From the NCBI RefSeq assembly GCF_041886205.1, contig NZ_CP169029.1: a stretch of DNA of 64,000 bases; one strand, given 5' to 3'. Made by a program: the position numbers and the translations under genes. This document shows positions 12,834 through 25,241 of the stretch, in pieces. Origin of the DNA: Escherichia coli. GTDB lineage: Bacteria > Pseudomonadota > Gammaproteobacteria > Enterobacterales > Enterobacteriaceae. Each line of letters opens with the position of its first letter. Positions within the stretch are counted from its first letter, which is position 1. The notes under the pieces are model-generated. The model worked only from the letters and a program-made list of their open reading frames with translations. It was not told where the DNA came from and ran no database searches.

Positions 12834-14090
12834 ATGGGATCTGATGCGAAAAACTTGATGAGCGACGGGAATGTGCAAATTGTTAAGACCGGCGAGGTCA
12901 TTGGCGCGACGCAACTTACTGAAGGCGAGTTGATTGTTGAAGCTGGCGGAAGAGCCGAAAATACCGTGGTCACGGGGGCTGGCTGGTTGAAAGTGGCAAC
13001 CGGTGGGATCGCCAAATGTACACAGTACGGTAACAATGGCACGCTATCGGTCAGCGACGGTGCCATTGCCACAGATATTGTTCAGTCCGAGGGAGGCGCA
13101 ATTAGTCTCTCTACGCTCGCTACGGTTAATGGCCGCCATCCCGAAGGTGAATTCAGCGTTGATCAGGGTTATGCCTGCGGTTTGTTGCTGGAAAATGGCG
13201 GTAACCTGCGTGTACTGGAAGGACATCGCGCGGAAAAAATCATTCTCGATCAAGAGGGCGGCCTGTTGGTTAATGGGACAACCTCAGCGGTCGTGGTAGA
13301 TGAAGGTGGTGAATTGTTGGTGTATCCAAGTGGGGAAGCCAGCAATTGTGAGATTAATCAGGGCGGCGTTTTTATGCTGGCCGGGAAAGCCAGTGATACG
13401 TTGCTTGCTGGTGGCACCATGAATAATCTCGGTGGTGAAGACTCTGACACTATTGTTGAGAATGGATCCATTTATCGTCTGGGGACGGATGGCCTTCAGC
13501 TCTACAGTTCCGGTAAGACGCAAAACCTGTCCGTGAATGTGGGTGGTCGGGCTGAAGTGCATGCCGGTACGCTGGAAAATGCGGTAATACAAGGTGGGAC
13601 AGTGATCCTGTTGTCACCCACCAGCGCGGACGAAAATTTTGTCGTAGAGGAAGATCGCGCACCGGTTGAACTGACCGGGAGTGTTGCATTACTGGACGGC
13701 GCTTCAATGATTATTGGCTATGGCGCAGATCTGCAACAATCAACGATTACTGTACAGCAGGGCGGTGTATTGATTCTCGACGGCAGTACGGTAAAAGGTG
13801 ACAGTGTCACTTTAAATGTTGGTAACATCAATCTAAATGGCGGAAAACTGTGGCTAATCACTGGTGCGGCAACGCATGTGCAACTGAAAGTGAAACGCCT
13901 GCGCGGAGAGGGAGCGATTTGCCTGCAAACCAGTGCGAAAGAAATTTCACCTGACTTCATCAATGTGAAAGGGGAAGTTACCGGTGATATACACGTTGAG
14001 ATAACAGATGCCAGTCGGCAAACTCTGTGTAACGCACTGAAACTACAGCCAGACGAAGACGGGATTGGCGCAACGCTCCAGCCTGCGTAA
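12834..14090 (+). CDS. ydhQ: Autotransporter/adhesin-like protein YdhQ (418 aa)
   Basis: Gly/Thr/Val-rich repetitive beta-helix-like sequence; length as recalled for ydhQ. Confidence 0.8.
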   Translation: MGSDAKNLMSDGNVQIVKTGEVIGATQLTEGELIVEAGGRAENTVVTGAGWLKVATGGIAKCTQYGNNGTLSVSDGAIATDIVQSEGGAISLSTLATVNGRHPEGEFSVDQGYACGLLLENGGNLRVLEGHRAEKIILDQEGGLLVNGTTSAVVVDEGGELLVYPSGEASNCEINQGGVFMLAGKASDTLLAGGTMNNLGGEDSDTIVENGSIYRLGTDGLQLYSSGKTQNLSVNVGGRAEVHAGTLENAVIQGGTVILLSPTSADENFVVEEDRAPVELTGSVALLDGASMIIGYGADLQQSTITVQQGGVLILDGSTVKGDSVTLNVGNINLNGGKLWLITGAATHVQLKVKRLRGEGAICLQTSAKEISPDFINVKGEVTGDIHVEITDASRQTLCNALKLQPDEDGIGATLQPA

Positions 14091-14130
14091 AAACACAGGC
14101 GCAACCCGTGAAGGTTGCGCCTTGTCTTTA

Positions 14131-15525
<1,395 letters not shown>

Positions 15526-15718
15526 TTATATGAGAGACTAAAAAGCCGCCTGAATGGGCAGCAAAAAGAAGAAGCAGGGGAAATTCAGTCTATTGTAGCG
15601 AGGATTTATTAATTCTCCAGTGAAAAAATAGTCATTCTTACCCCTTCACTGGTAAGGGCGTTTGCCACCTGCTATTGTGCTGAACAGAATGTCTTAACTG
15701 ATTTCAGGAGTTGTAAGT

Positions 15719-16360
15719 ATGTTTACGGGGATTGTACAGGGCACCGCAAAACTGGTGTCGATTGACGAGAAACCAAATTTTCGCACACATGTGGTGGAGT
15801 TACCCGACCACATGCTGGACGGTCTGGAAACCGGTGCTTCCGTGGCGCATAACGGTTGCTGCCTGACCGTGACGGAAATTAACGGCAACCATGTCAGTTT
15901 TGACCTGATGAAAGAAACGTTGCGCATTACCAATCTTGGCGATTTAAAAGTGGGGGATTGGGTAAACGTTGAGCGTGCGGCGAAATTCAGTGATGAAATT
16001 GGCGGACACTTAATGTCAGGTCATATTATGACTACCGCTGAAGTAGCGAAAATATTAACCTCGGAAAATAATCGCCAGATCTGGTTTAAAGTCCAGGATA
16101 GTCAGTTGATGAAATATATTCTGTACAAAGGATTTATTGGCATCGACGGTATTAGCCTGACCGTCGGCGAAGTCACGCCAACGCGTTTTTGCGTCCATTT
16201 AATTCCGGAAACACTGGAACGCACGACTCTTGGGAAGAAAAAACTTGGCGCACGCGTCAACATTGAAATCGATCCACAAACTCAGGCAGTGGTAGATACG
16301 GTAGAACGTGTGCTGGCGGCACGAGAAAATGCCATGAATCAACCAGGTACAGAAGCCTGA
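15719..16360 (+). CDS. ribC: Riboflavin synthase (213 aa)
   Basis: [21 protein letters not shown]... conserved riboflavin synthase N-terminus. Confidence 0.9.
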   Translation: MFTGIVQGTAKLVSIDEKPNFRTHVVELPDHMLDGLETGASVAHNGCCLTVTEINGNHVSFDLMKETLRITNLGDLKVGDWVNVERAAKFSDEIGGHLMSGHIMTTAEVAKILTSENNRQIWFKVQDSQLMKYILYKGFIGIDGISLTVGEVTPTRFCVHLIPETLERTTLGKKKLGARVNIEIDPQTQAVVDTVERVLAARENAMNQPGTEA

Positions 16361-16399
16361 TCTGAAATCGCCCCCGGAGAGGGGGCGATAGAATAGCCT

Positions 16400-17548
16400 T
16401 TAGCGAGCCACTCGAAGGCCGTTTTCAACACCGCGTGAGAACACGACCTGCCAGAGCTGAATATCACGGGCGCGGAAAGCACCTGCACAGGCATTCAGAT
16501 AATAGGTAAACATTCGTTTAAAGCGTTCACTGTAGTTATCCGCAATTTCTGGCCATGCGGCGAGGAATCGTTCATACCACGCCATCAACGTAGTATCGTA
16601 ATCAGCACCGAAGTTATGCCAGTCTTCCATCACAAAGTGGGGTTCGCTGGATTGAGCAATCTGGCGTACAGAGGGCAGGCAACCGTTCGGAAAAATATAT
16701 TTATTAATCCAGGGATCAACATTCAGATCGGTTTTTTTCGAACCGATAGTATGGAGCAGGAATATACCTTCCGGTTTCAAATTACGATCCACCACCGCAA
16801 AATAGGTATCGTAATTTTTCGGTCCGACGTGCTCGAACATCCCCACAGAAACAATACGATCAAACTGGTCGTTCAGGTCACGATAATCTTGCAGCAAAAT
16901 GGTGACATCCAGGCCTTCACAGCGTTCCTGAGCCATTTTTTGCTGTTCGGCAGAAATGGTGACGCCGACCACGCTTACGTCATAGTTAGATGCCATGTAG
17001 TGCGCCAGTCCGCCCCAGCCGCAGCCAATATCCAGTACGCGCATCCCTGGTTTTAACTGCAATTTTTCACAAATCATTTTGAGCTTCGCCTGCTGGGCAG
17101 ATTCCAGATTATCGGCATCTTTCCAGTAAGCGCAGGAATATTGCATGAAGGGATCAAGCATGCGGCTGAACAAGTCATTACCCAAATCGTAATGCTCCTT
17201 GCCGACTATCCAGGCACGTTTTTTACTCTGCAGATTGAAGAGACGAGCGCCGGCAATACGCAGCGTGTCTTTGAAATGATGGGGGAGTTGGTTCTCGAGA
17301 CCTGCGCGTAAGACTTTGCTAAAAAACATATCCAGTCGGTCACATTCCCACCAGCCATCCATATAACTTTCGCCTAACCCCAAAGAGCCTTCTTGCAGAA
17401 CGCGTTTAAAAAAATCGGGGTTTTTCACACGAATATCCGCCGGGGCAGAACCGTTAATGGCTATACCGGCACGGCTAAGTAATTCGTTGGCGATACGGTA
17501 CCAGTTGTCATCCGGTACACTGACTTCTTCTATACACGATGAACTCAT
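16400..17548 (-). CDS. cfa: Cyclopropane-fatty-acyl-phospholipid synthase (382 aa)
   Basis: SAM-methyltransferase motif VLDIGCGWGG; length matches Cfa. Confidence 0.95.
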   Translation of the reverse strand: MSSSCIEEVSVPDDNWYRIANELLSRAGIAINGSAPADIRVKNPDFFKRVLQEGSLGLGESYMDGWWECDRLDMFFSKVLRAGLENQLPHHFKDTLRIAGARLFNLQSKKRAWIVGKEHYDLGNDLFSRMLDPFMQYSCAYWKDADNLESAQQAKLKMICEKLQLKPGMRVLDIGCGWGGLAHYMASNYDVSVVGVTISAEQQKMAQERCEGLDVTILLQDYRDLNDQFDRIVSVGMFEHVGPKNYDTYFAVVDRNLKPEGIFLLHTIGSKKTDLNVDPWINKYIFPNGCLPSVRQIAQSSEPHFVMEDWHNFGADYDTTLMAWYERFLAAWPEIADNYSERFKRMFTYYLNACAGAFRARDIQLWQVVFSRGVENGLRVAR

Positions 17549-17838
17549 AGTTTCTCCATCACTGGTCGGTGATCAGAACCTTAAAACAGCGTAGACGCTT
17601 TTTGGGCTTTGTGAGAAATCTCGCAGAAAAAACCGCGAGTCTATAATCCGACGTAGAACAGAGGGAAAGGAGGAACCCTTGCCGAAATGACCATCCATAG
17701 TGAGTCGGGAACGATCCTGTCCCCGTAAAAACATAATATTTATCGTAGCTTTAACAACTCGAAATTAGTATAGGCCGCTAATTTCAATCATACAACAAAA
17801 TTTTGTTAGCAGCCTAAGTATAAGTATATCGATATAGA

Positions 17839-19050
17839 TCAGTGTGATTCGCTATGAGCGACTTCGGCATTGCCATGATTCTGGCAGCCAACTTCTTCAC
17901 AACGTTGCATCATGTAACCCAGCGCGACCAGCACTACTGTTGATAACATCACGCTGGTGGTGGTGAGCAATGGCGTGCTGATACTGATCAGCCAGGAAAC
18001 TACCAGACTTGCGAGGAAGCACAGACCCAGTTGTAGAGTGTTCTGCAACGCTGCGGCGCGACCAGTTGCGTGTGGGAAGGGACGCAGCGCCTGGGCGACA
18101 ACAATAGGGTAGATCGCGCCATTGGCAATCGCCATCACACAGAATGGGATCAGAATTTCGACCAGCGACACATGGCTAATGAAGCCCGCAGCCCAGGTCG
18201 CAATGACGCTGACAGCAAACAGCACCAGCAACCACGGTAATAACTGCTTGCCTTGCCATTTCTGCAGCGCGGCGCGACAGCCATAACCACCAATCAGAAA
18301 CGCGATAGTTTGCGGGACATAACTTAAACCAATAACTGCCGGGCTGTAGCCCATTTCACTAAGGATGAACGGTGAACCGGTCAGCCATGCAAAAAAACTG
18401 GCTGAACAGGCCGCGTATATCAGCACGTTGCCGCGATAGGTTTTAGAACGTAGCAGGTCGGTAAAGGTCAGACCATCCTGACTATTGTTACGGGCCTTCG
18501 TCGTGGGTTTGAGCCAGAAAATAGGCAGAATCAGCACCACGGTAATGGCAAACAGGGTGGCGAAAATCGCTTGCCAGGAAAAATGGACCAGCAGCCAGCT
18601 TCCTAACAGAGGAGCCAGGGCCGGAGATAGACCCACCAGCGGCATGATGGTCGCAAAAATTCGGTTAACTTTCTGTGAAGGATAATAATCCGTCACTAAC
18701 GCTTGCCAGATAACCGCCGCGGCGCAGACACCCACAGCCTGTACAAAACGCAATACCAGCAGCGTAGCGGCGTTTTCTACCCACAGCATCCCCAGACTAC
18801 CTAACGCAAAAATTGTCAGGCCGATTAATAATACCGGTTTACGACCATAACGGTCGGAGAGCGGCCCCCACAGAAGCTGGGCTGCGGCAAAACCGGCAAG
18901 GAACAGACTAAGGCTGGCACTGACAGCAGACGCAGGCGTTTGCAGGTCGGCCTGTATGGCGGCGAAAGCAGGCAGATACATATCGGTTGCCAGAAAACCG
19001 AGTACGCTCAAACCCGCCAGCCAGACTAAAAATCTTTTCCCAGGTTGCAT
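17839..19050 (-). CDS. punC: MFS transporter YdhC/PunC (403 aa)
   Basis: 12-TM MFS ORF divergent from the LysR regulator gene, as in the ydhB-ydhC pair. Confidence 0.85.
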   Translation of the reverse strand: MQPGKRFLVWLAGLSVLGFLATDMYLPAFAAIQADLQTPASAVSASLSLFLAGFAAAQLLWGPLSDRYGRKPVLLIGLTIFALGSLGMLWVENAATLLVLRFVQAVGVCAAAVIWQALVTDYYPSQKVNRIFATIMPLVGLSPALAPLLGSWLLVHFSWQAIFATLFAITVVLILPIFWLKPTTKARNNSQDGLTFTDLLRSKTYRGNVLIYAACSASFFAWLTGSPFILSEMGYSPAVIGLSYVPQTIAFLIGGYGCRAALQKWQGKQLLPWLLVLFAVSVIATWAAGFISHVSLVEILIPFCVMAIANGAIYPIVVAQALRPFPHATGRAAALQNTLQLGLCFLASLVVSWLISISTPLLTTTSVMLSTVVLVALGYMMQRCEEVGCQNHGNAEVAHSESH

Positions 19051-19162
19051 GTATATTCTCTAAATCTCTCAATTAAACACCGCCGCAAAGTGTAGGGAGT
19101 GAAATTAGTGTTGTGAAACGGTAATATTTGATGACTGGTTTCAAAAATTTTGCAGGCAGACT

Positions 19163-20095
19163 ATGTGGTCAGAATATTCACTCGAAGTTGTTGATGCGGT
19201 AGCGCGTAATGGTAGTTTTAGCGCTGCGGCACAGGAGCTGCATCGCGTTCCTTCTGCGGTCAGCTATACCGTGCGTCAGCTGGAAGAGTGGCTGGCGGTG
19301 CCGCTCTTTGAAAGACGGCACCGTGATGTGGAACTGACCGCTGCCGGGGCGTGGTTTCTCAAAGAAGGGCGCTCTGTTGTCAAAAAAATGCAGATCACCC
19401 GCCAGCAATGTCAGCAGATAGCGAACGGCTGGCGCGGTCAGTTAGCTATCGCAGTGGATAATATTGTCAGGCCAGAACGTACACGGCAGATGATCGTTGA
19501 TTTTTATCGCCATTTTGACGACGTCGAACTTCTGGTCTTTCAGGAAGTGTTTAACGGTGTCTGGGATGCGCTTTCCGATGGGCGCGTGGAACTGGCGATT
19601 GGCGCAACACGCGCGATTCCGGTAGGCGGTCGTTATGCCTTCCGGGATATGGGGATGCTAAGCTGGAGTTGCGTTGTTGCCAGCCACCACCCGCTGGCGT
19701 TGATGGATGGCCCGTTCAGCGATGATACGTTGCGCAACTGGCCGTCGTTGGTGCGCGAAGACACCTCGCGAACGCTACCTAAACGTATTACCTGGTTGCT
19801 GGATAACCAAAAAAGAGTTGTCGTGCCTGACTGGGAATCATCGGCAACCTGTATCTCGGCAGGATTATGCATAGGGATGGTGCCAACACATTTCGCCAAA
19901 CCGTGGCTTAATGAGGGGAAGTGGGTAGCACTTGAATTGGAGAACCCCTTCCCGGATTCGGCATGTTGTCTGACATGGCAGCAAAATGATATGTCGCCTG
20001 CGTTAACCTGGCTGCTTGAGTATCTCGGCGATAGTGAGACGCTGAATAAGGAGTGGCTGCGGGAGCCGGAAGAGACTCCCGCAACGGGTGATTAA
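19163..20095 (+). CDS. punR: LysR-type transcriptional regulator YdhB/PunR (310 aa)
   Basis: N-terminal [35 protein letters not shown] typical of the LysR family. Confidence 0.85.
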
Positions 20096-21117
20096 CGACG
20101 ATAGTCGCGGAACGGGCCGTCAGCCACGGAGCGGCGTTCAATCAAACGCGGATGCACTTCAATGGACTGCGGTTCTTCACGTTTGTTGACGATACGATCC
20201 AACAGCATGTTGAACGCTGTTTCACCCAGCGAATCTTTTGGCTGATGGATCGTGGTCAGCGCCGGCGTAAAATAGCGCGCGTTGCGCACGTTATCATAAC
20301 CGATCAGCGAAACATCCTGCGGGACGCGCAGGCCCATTTCATCAGCAGCACAAAGTGCGCCCATTGCCATGATATCGCCACCACAGAAGACGGCAGTAGG
20401 GCGATGCGGCTGCGACAGGATTTGCTGCATGGCGCGATAACCAGATTCGGGTTCAAAGTCACCCTGCACAATCCAGCTTTCCGGCACCTTTATCATCGCT
20501 TCTTCCATCGCCTTCATAAAACCGGCAAGGCGGCCTGCGCCGGTGTTACGTTCCAGCGGGCCGGGGATGACGCCGATTTCGCGGTGGCCGCGTTCAATCA
20601 GATAACGCCCGGCCATGTAGCCGCCTTCGAACGCGTTATCAATGACCGCATCGGTGAAGTCAGCTTTTGCTTCACCCCAGTCCATGACCACCATTGGGAT
20701 ATGGCGATACTCTTCCAGCATCGCCAGCAACGGCTCTGGGTACTCAGAACACATCACCAGCAGACCATCGACGCGTTTTTGCGCCATCATCGACAGATAA
20801 GCCCGCTGTTTCTCAAGATTGTTCCACGCATTACCCAGAATCAGGGTGTAACCTTTCTGGAAGCAATTTTTTTCAACCGCTTCAATGATCTCGGCAAAAT
20901 AGGCCGCTTCGCTGCTGGTCGCCAGCAAACCGATAGACTTGGTGTGGTTAACCTTCAGGCTACGCGCCACCGCGCTAGGGGAGTAGTGTAATTCTTTAAT
21001 CGCTGCCCACACGGCGTTGCGCGTTTCTTCAGCGACGAAACGTGTTTTGTTGATCACGTGTGACACAGTTGTAGTGGAAACGTTTGCTCGTTTCGCTACA
21101 TCTTTTATTGTTGCCAT
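20092..21117 (-). CDS. purR: Purine repressor PurR (341 aa)
   Basis: [56 protein letters not shown]... LacI-family. Confidence 0.95.
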
Positions 21118-21160
21118 TCCATTTCACTCCAGACCCTAACTTCAGCTCCTGCAAAATCGC

Positions 21161-21178
21161 AAGGTAAACGTTTGCCTT
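21161..21178. promoter_or_regulatory. Candidate PurR operator (autoregulation) in purR leader
   Basis: aaggtaaacgtttgcctt is a near-palindrome resembling the PurR box ACGCAAACGTTTGCGT, about 45 bp upstream of purR start. Confidence 0.5.
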
Positions 21179-21415
21179 TACACACCTTACGCACAACAAA
21201 AGTGTTGCGGTACGCCGGAAAAACGACACGGAGCGTCAGGAAGGGGTCAATGGCCAGTACGCAAATAGTGTAAGCGTGGAATTTTGGCCGATCTTGACGA
21301 AAAGGGGAAGTGGTAAAAACACTTATCATTATAAATGACGGGAGATTTTTTCATCACAGTGTGTAAAAATGCGTAATATCACTTTTTGTGTGGTAATAAA
21401 AAAGGAGAAAACTTG

Positions 21416-21505
21416 ATGAGCACCGACCTTAAATTTTCACTGGTAACAACGATTATCGTCCTCGGTTTGATCGTGGCCGTGGGTTTGACTGCCGCGCTGC
21501 ACTGA
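21416..21505 (+). CDS. ynhF: Small membrane protein YnhF (29 aa)
   Basis: ATG..TGA encoding MSTDLKFSLVTTIIVLGLIVAVGLTAALH preceded by aaggag SD; recalled as a known small protein. Confidence 0.65.
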   Translation: MSTDLKFSLVTTIIVLGLIVAVGLTAALH

Positions 21506-21670
21506 TTTCCTCTCGAGGGAGCGCGTTCTCCCTCGCATCTCCTTCCTGTTTGTTAGCAAAATGGCAAAAGTGTTTTCTCTTTTTGTTATTTTCATTTTTT
21601 TGTGATTGCTGTCATGCTTTCGCCACTTTAATGAATATCGCGTAATGACGCGAAGAGGTGGAGATAAGGC

Positions 21671-22840
21671 ATGAAAATTAACTATCCGTTGCTGGCGCTG
21701 GCGATTGGCGCGTTTGGTATCGGGACAACGGAGTTCTCGCCAATGGGCTTATTGCCCGTCATTGCGCGCGGTGTGGATGTCTCGATTCCCGCTGCCGGAA
21801 TGTTAATCAGTGCCTATGCAGTTGGCGTAATGGTGGGCGCGCCGCTGATGACGCTTCTACTTTCTCATCGTGCCCGCCGCAGTGCGTTGATTTTCCTGAT
21901 GGCGATTTTCACGCTCGGCAACGTACTTTCCGCCATCGCGCCGGATTATATGACTCTCATGCTTTCACGCATTTTGACCAGCCTGAATCACGGAGCATTT
22001 TTTGGTTTGGGTTCAGTTGTGGCCGCAAGCGTGGTGCCAAAACATAAACAGGCCAGCGCAGTTGCCACTATGTTTATGGGGTTAACCCTGGCAAATATCG
22101 GTGGCGTGCCGGCGGCGACCTGGTTGGGTGAAACCATCGGCTGGCGGATGTCATTTCTGGCAACGGCGGGGCTGGGCGTGATTTCAATGGTAAGTCTGTT
22201 CTTCTCATTACCTAAAGGTGGTGCAGGGGCACGACCTGAAGTGAAAAAAGAGCTGGCGGTATTAATGCGTCCGCAGGTGCTGTCTGCATTGCTGACGACG
22301 GTACTGGGAGCTGGTGCAATGTTTACCCTCTACACCTATATCTCTCCGGTACTGCAAAGTATTGCCCACGCAACACCGGTGTTCGTCACGGCAATGCTGG
22401 TGCTGATTGGTGTCGGATTCTCTATCGGTAACTATCTCGGCGGCAAACTGGCAGATCGTTCAGTTAACGGCACGTTGAAAGGCTTTTTGTTGTTGTTGAT
22501 GGTGATTATGCTGGCAATCCCGTTCCTGGCCCGCAATGAGTTCGGCGCAGCTATTAGCATGGTGGTGTGGGGCGCAGCAACCTTTGCGGTCGTACCGCCG
22601 TTACAGATGCGCGTGATGCGTGTCGCCAGTGAAGCGCCAGGTCTGTCTTCATCAGTCAATATTGGTGCCTTTAATCTTGGAAATGCGCTGGGAGCAGCGG
22701 CTGGTGGTGCGGTAATTTCCGCTGGGCTGGGATACAGCTTTGTGCCGGTGATGGGGGCGATTGTCGCGGGACTGGCATTATTGCTGGTGTTTATGTCAGC
22801 CAGAAAACAACCTGAAACAGTTTGCGTTGCTAACAGCTAA
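21671..22840 (+). CDS. ydhP: MFS transporter YdhP (389 aa)
   Basis: 12-TM MFS ORF, correct length and position next to sodB. Confidence 0.85.
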   Translation: MKINYPLLALAIGAFGIGTTEFSPMGLLPVIARGVDVSIPAAGMLISAYAVGVMVGAPLMTLLLSHRARRSALIFLMAIFTLGNVLSAIAPDYMTLMLSRILTSLNHGAFFGLGSVVAASVVPKHKQASAVATMFMGLTLANIGGVPAATWLGETIGWRMSFLATAGLGVISMVSLFFSLPKGGAGARPEVKKELAVLMRPQVLSALLTTVLGAGAMFTLYTYISPVLQSIAHATPVFVTAMLVLIGVGFSIGNYLGGKLADRSVNGTLKGFLLLLMVIMLAIPFLARNEFGAAISMVVWGAATFAVVPPLQMRVMRVASEAPGLSSSVNIGAFNLGNALGAAAGGAVISAGLGYSFVPVMGAIVAGLALLLVFMSARKQPETVCVANS

Positions 22841-22985
22841 TTAAACAAAAACGCAGAAGGATAACCTTCTGCGTTACAGTTGCTGACAACGTGCGATTTA
22901 TCTTGCCGAATGCGCTGTTAACGCCTCATCCGCGTTGGCATGGTAAGCGAAGCGCATTAGGCAATACTGCATTTGCCATCAGTTA

Positions 22986-23567
22986 TTATGCAGCGAGATT
23001 TTTCGCTACGAATTCCCAGTTCACCAGCGCCCAGAAGTGCTCCAGATAGCCAGGACGTGCATTGCGATAGTCGATGTAATAAGCGTGTTCCCAGACATCA
23101 ACGGTCAGCAGCGGAGTCGCATCGGTGGTCAGCGGAGTACCCGCGTTAGAGGTTGAAACGATAGCCAGTTTGCCATCGCTGTTTTTCACCAGCCAGGTCC
23201 AGCCAGAACCAAAGTTTTTGATCGCTGCATCAGTAAACTGCGCTTTGAAATCGGCAAAGCTGCCAAAAGATACGGCGATAGCTTCAGCGACTTTTCCAGT
23301 CGGTTCGCCACCGGCGTTCGGTGCCAGGCAGTTCCAGTAGAAAGTATGGTTCCAGACCTGAGCTGCGTTGTTGAATACGCCACCTTCAGAGCTGCGAATA
23401 ATCTCTTCCAGTGATTTACCTTCAAACGCGGTACCTTTAATCAGGTTGTTCAGGTTAGTGACATAAGTCTGATGGTGCTTGCCGTAGTGATACTCGATGG
23501 TTTCCGCAGAAATGTGCGGTGCCAGAGCATCTTTAGCATATGGTAGTGCAGGTAATTCGAATGACAT
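22986..23567 (-). CDS. sodB: Iron superoxide dismutase (193 aa)
   Basis: [40 protein letters not shown]... canonical Fe-SOD. Confidence 0.95.
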   Translation of the reverse strand: MSFELPALPYAKDALAPHISAETIEYHYGKHHQTYVTNLNNLIKGTAFEGKSLEEIIRSSEGGVFNNAAQVWNHTFYWNCLAPNAGGEPTGKVAEAIAVSFGSFADFKAQFTDAAIKNFGSGWTWLVKNSDGKLAIVSTSNAGTPLTTDATPLLTVDVWEHAYYIDYRNARPGYLEHFWALVNWEFVAKNLAA

Positions 23568-23694
23568 TGCTACTCTCCTTTATTATTAATTTGCATACGT
23601 ACAATAGCCTTATTGTGCGTATGGATAGGGTAGCAAATTAAAAGGTGAGACAAAAGATGAACTTACCCTGTTGCCGTAACAACAGGGTAAAGTT

Positions 23695-24510
23695 TTAGCG
23701 AAGTGTTTTTGGGGTCATTACCCGACGAGCGCCAACATAGTGGCGCTGCCAGTAGTCTTCACTGAGAGAAGTGATTTGAATTTCCTGACCTGTGCGCGGT
23801 GACTGAATAAATTTGCCGTTGCCGACATACACGCCGACATGATCGGCTGTGCCGCGTCCCTGAGTACGGAAAAAGACCAGGTCGCCGTTTTTCAGTTCAC
23901 TACGTTCGATTGGCGCTGCATCACGCAGGTGATACATTTCATTCGCCGTACGCGGAATACGAATTTTCACCAAATCTTTATAAGCGTAATAAACCAGGCC
24001 GCTGCAATCAAAACCGGTACGCGGTGAGCTGCCACCCCAACGATATGGCTTACCAATTTGCTGCATCAGTTTATTCATTGCCACTTTCGTAGCTTTTTGC
24101 ACCTTCGCTTTGTGCGCGTCGGCAAGAGTTCCTGACGCGGCATTTTTGACTTTCACACAATGCGATTTATAGCCCTTACGTTTGGTACACTTTTCGGTAA
24201 AGCTGGCTGAGGCCGTTTTATTGACGGCGTGTTTGCTGCGAGTTTTGGCGTTTTTAGAAGCGGTAATGGAAGATTTTTTAACGGAAGAAGCGGTTTTGCT
24301 TTTGGTCGTACTTTTACTGGCGGCTTTTTTCGCTGTTTTCTGGGTCTTTTTGGTGGTTGCCGTGCTTTTCTTTTTATCTGCTTTTTTGGTGATATGAGTG
24401 GTAGCAGAACTCTCCCTGGCTTGCTTTGAAGCATGGGCCATAGGCGTTAAAGGCAGGGTGGTAAAAAGTAAAGCACAGAGCGTGATCGAAATACGGTTTA
24501 TCCGCGCCAC
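23695..24510 (-). CDS. mepH: NlpC/P60 peptidoglycan endopeptidase MepH (YdhO, 271 aa)
   Basis: Signal peptide, Lys/Ser/Thr/Ala-rich linker, C-terminal NlpC/P60 domain (FDCSGLVYYAY...). Confidence 0.9.
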   Translation of the reverse strand: MARINRISITLCALLFTTLPLTPMAHASKQARESSATTHITKKADKKKSTATTKKTQKTAKKAASKSTTKSKTASSVKKSSITASKNAKTRSKHAVNKTASASFTEKCTKRKGYKSHCVKVKNAASGTLADAHKAKVQKATKVAMNKLMQQIGKPYRWGGSSPRTGFDCSGLVYYAYKDLVKIRIPRTANEMYHLRDAAPIERSELKNGDLVFFRTQGRGTADHVGVYVGNGKFIQSPRTGQEIQITSLSEDYWQRHYVGARRVMTPKTLR

Positions 24511-24843
24511 TGAGCGTCCCTCTGTTAAGGCAGGTCTATCATGCCTGCGTCTGATTTACAAAACTTGATGATTCTAATGCATAGAAGAAGAGAAAGTTAA
24601 TAGCTTTTATTGTTAAAAAATACGTTTCGTTGGCGAGCGCAAAAAAATGCAGCAGTGAAAGCTAAAAATGGTTATAAATACGCCAGTTTGCCGGCATCAG
24701 AGAAGAAACGAATATTTGAAATGCAACAAATAGAGCAAAGGGATAAAATAGCAAAAGCGTGATGAAAATGTTATTTTCCGATGCCGCACTGACCCGCTAC
24801 AATGTCAGATTACTGCCGTAAAGAAGTTTGAGGAAGCAAGACA

Positions 24844-25191
24844 ATGAGCACCACTATCGAAAAAATCCAACGCCAGATTGCTGAAAACCCGATCCTGCTG
24901 TACATGAAAGGTTCACCGAAACTGCCGAGCTGCGGTTTCTCTGCCCAGGCAGTCCAGGCGCTTGCCGCATGTGGCGAACGTTTTGCCTATGTTGATATTC
25001 TGCAGAATCCGGACATTCGTGCGGAACTGCCGAAATATGCTAACTGGCCGACCTTCCCGCAACTGTGGGTTGACGGCGAGCTGGTAGGCGGTTGTGATAT
25101 CGTGATCGAAATGTATCAGCGTGGCGAATTGCAGCAGCTGATCAAAGAAACTGCCGCTAAATACAAGTCTGAAGAGCCGGACGCGGAATAA
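24844..25191 (+). CDS. grxD: Monothiol glutaredoxin Grx4 (115 aa)
   Basis: CGFS active site (PKLPSCGFSAQAVQAL). Confidence 0.9.
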   Translation: MSTTIEKIQRQIAENPILLYMKGSPKLPSCGFSAQAVQALAACGERFAYVDILQNPDIRAELPKYANWPTFPQLWVDGELVGGCDIVIEMYQRGELQQLIKETAAKYKSEEPDAE

Positions 25192-25205
25192 TCCGTCTCG
25201 CAATA

Positions 25206-25233
25206 CTGACGGATGCGAACGGGCATCCGTCAG
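25206..25233. terminator. Possible bidirectional terminator hairpin between convergent grxD and lhr
   Basis: Inverted repeat tgacggatgc-gaac-gggcatccgtca; weak U-tract. Confidence 0.35.
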
Positions 25234-25241
25234 TCCTTTCT

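Noticed and set aside
24153-24434. Arg/Lys/Pro-rich 93-aa ORF and hydrophobic 71-aa and 66-aa ORFs
   Set aside because: These are alternative-frame or antisense readings of the low-complexity linker inside mepH; the compositional bias creates spurious open frames.
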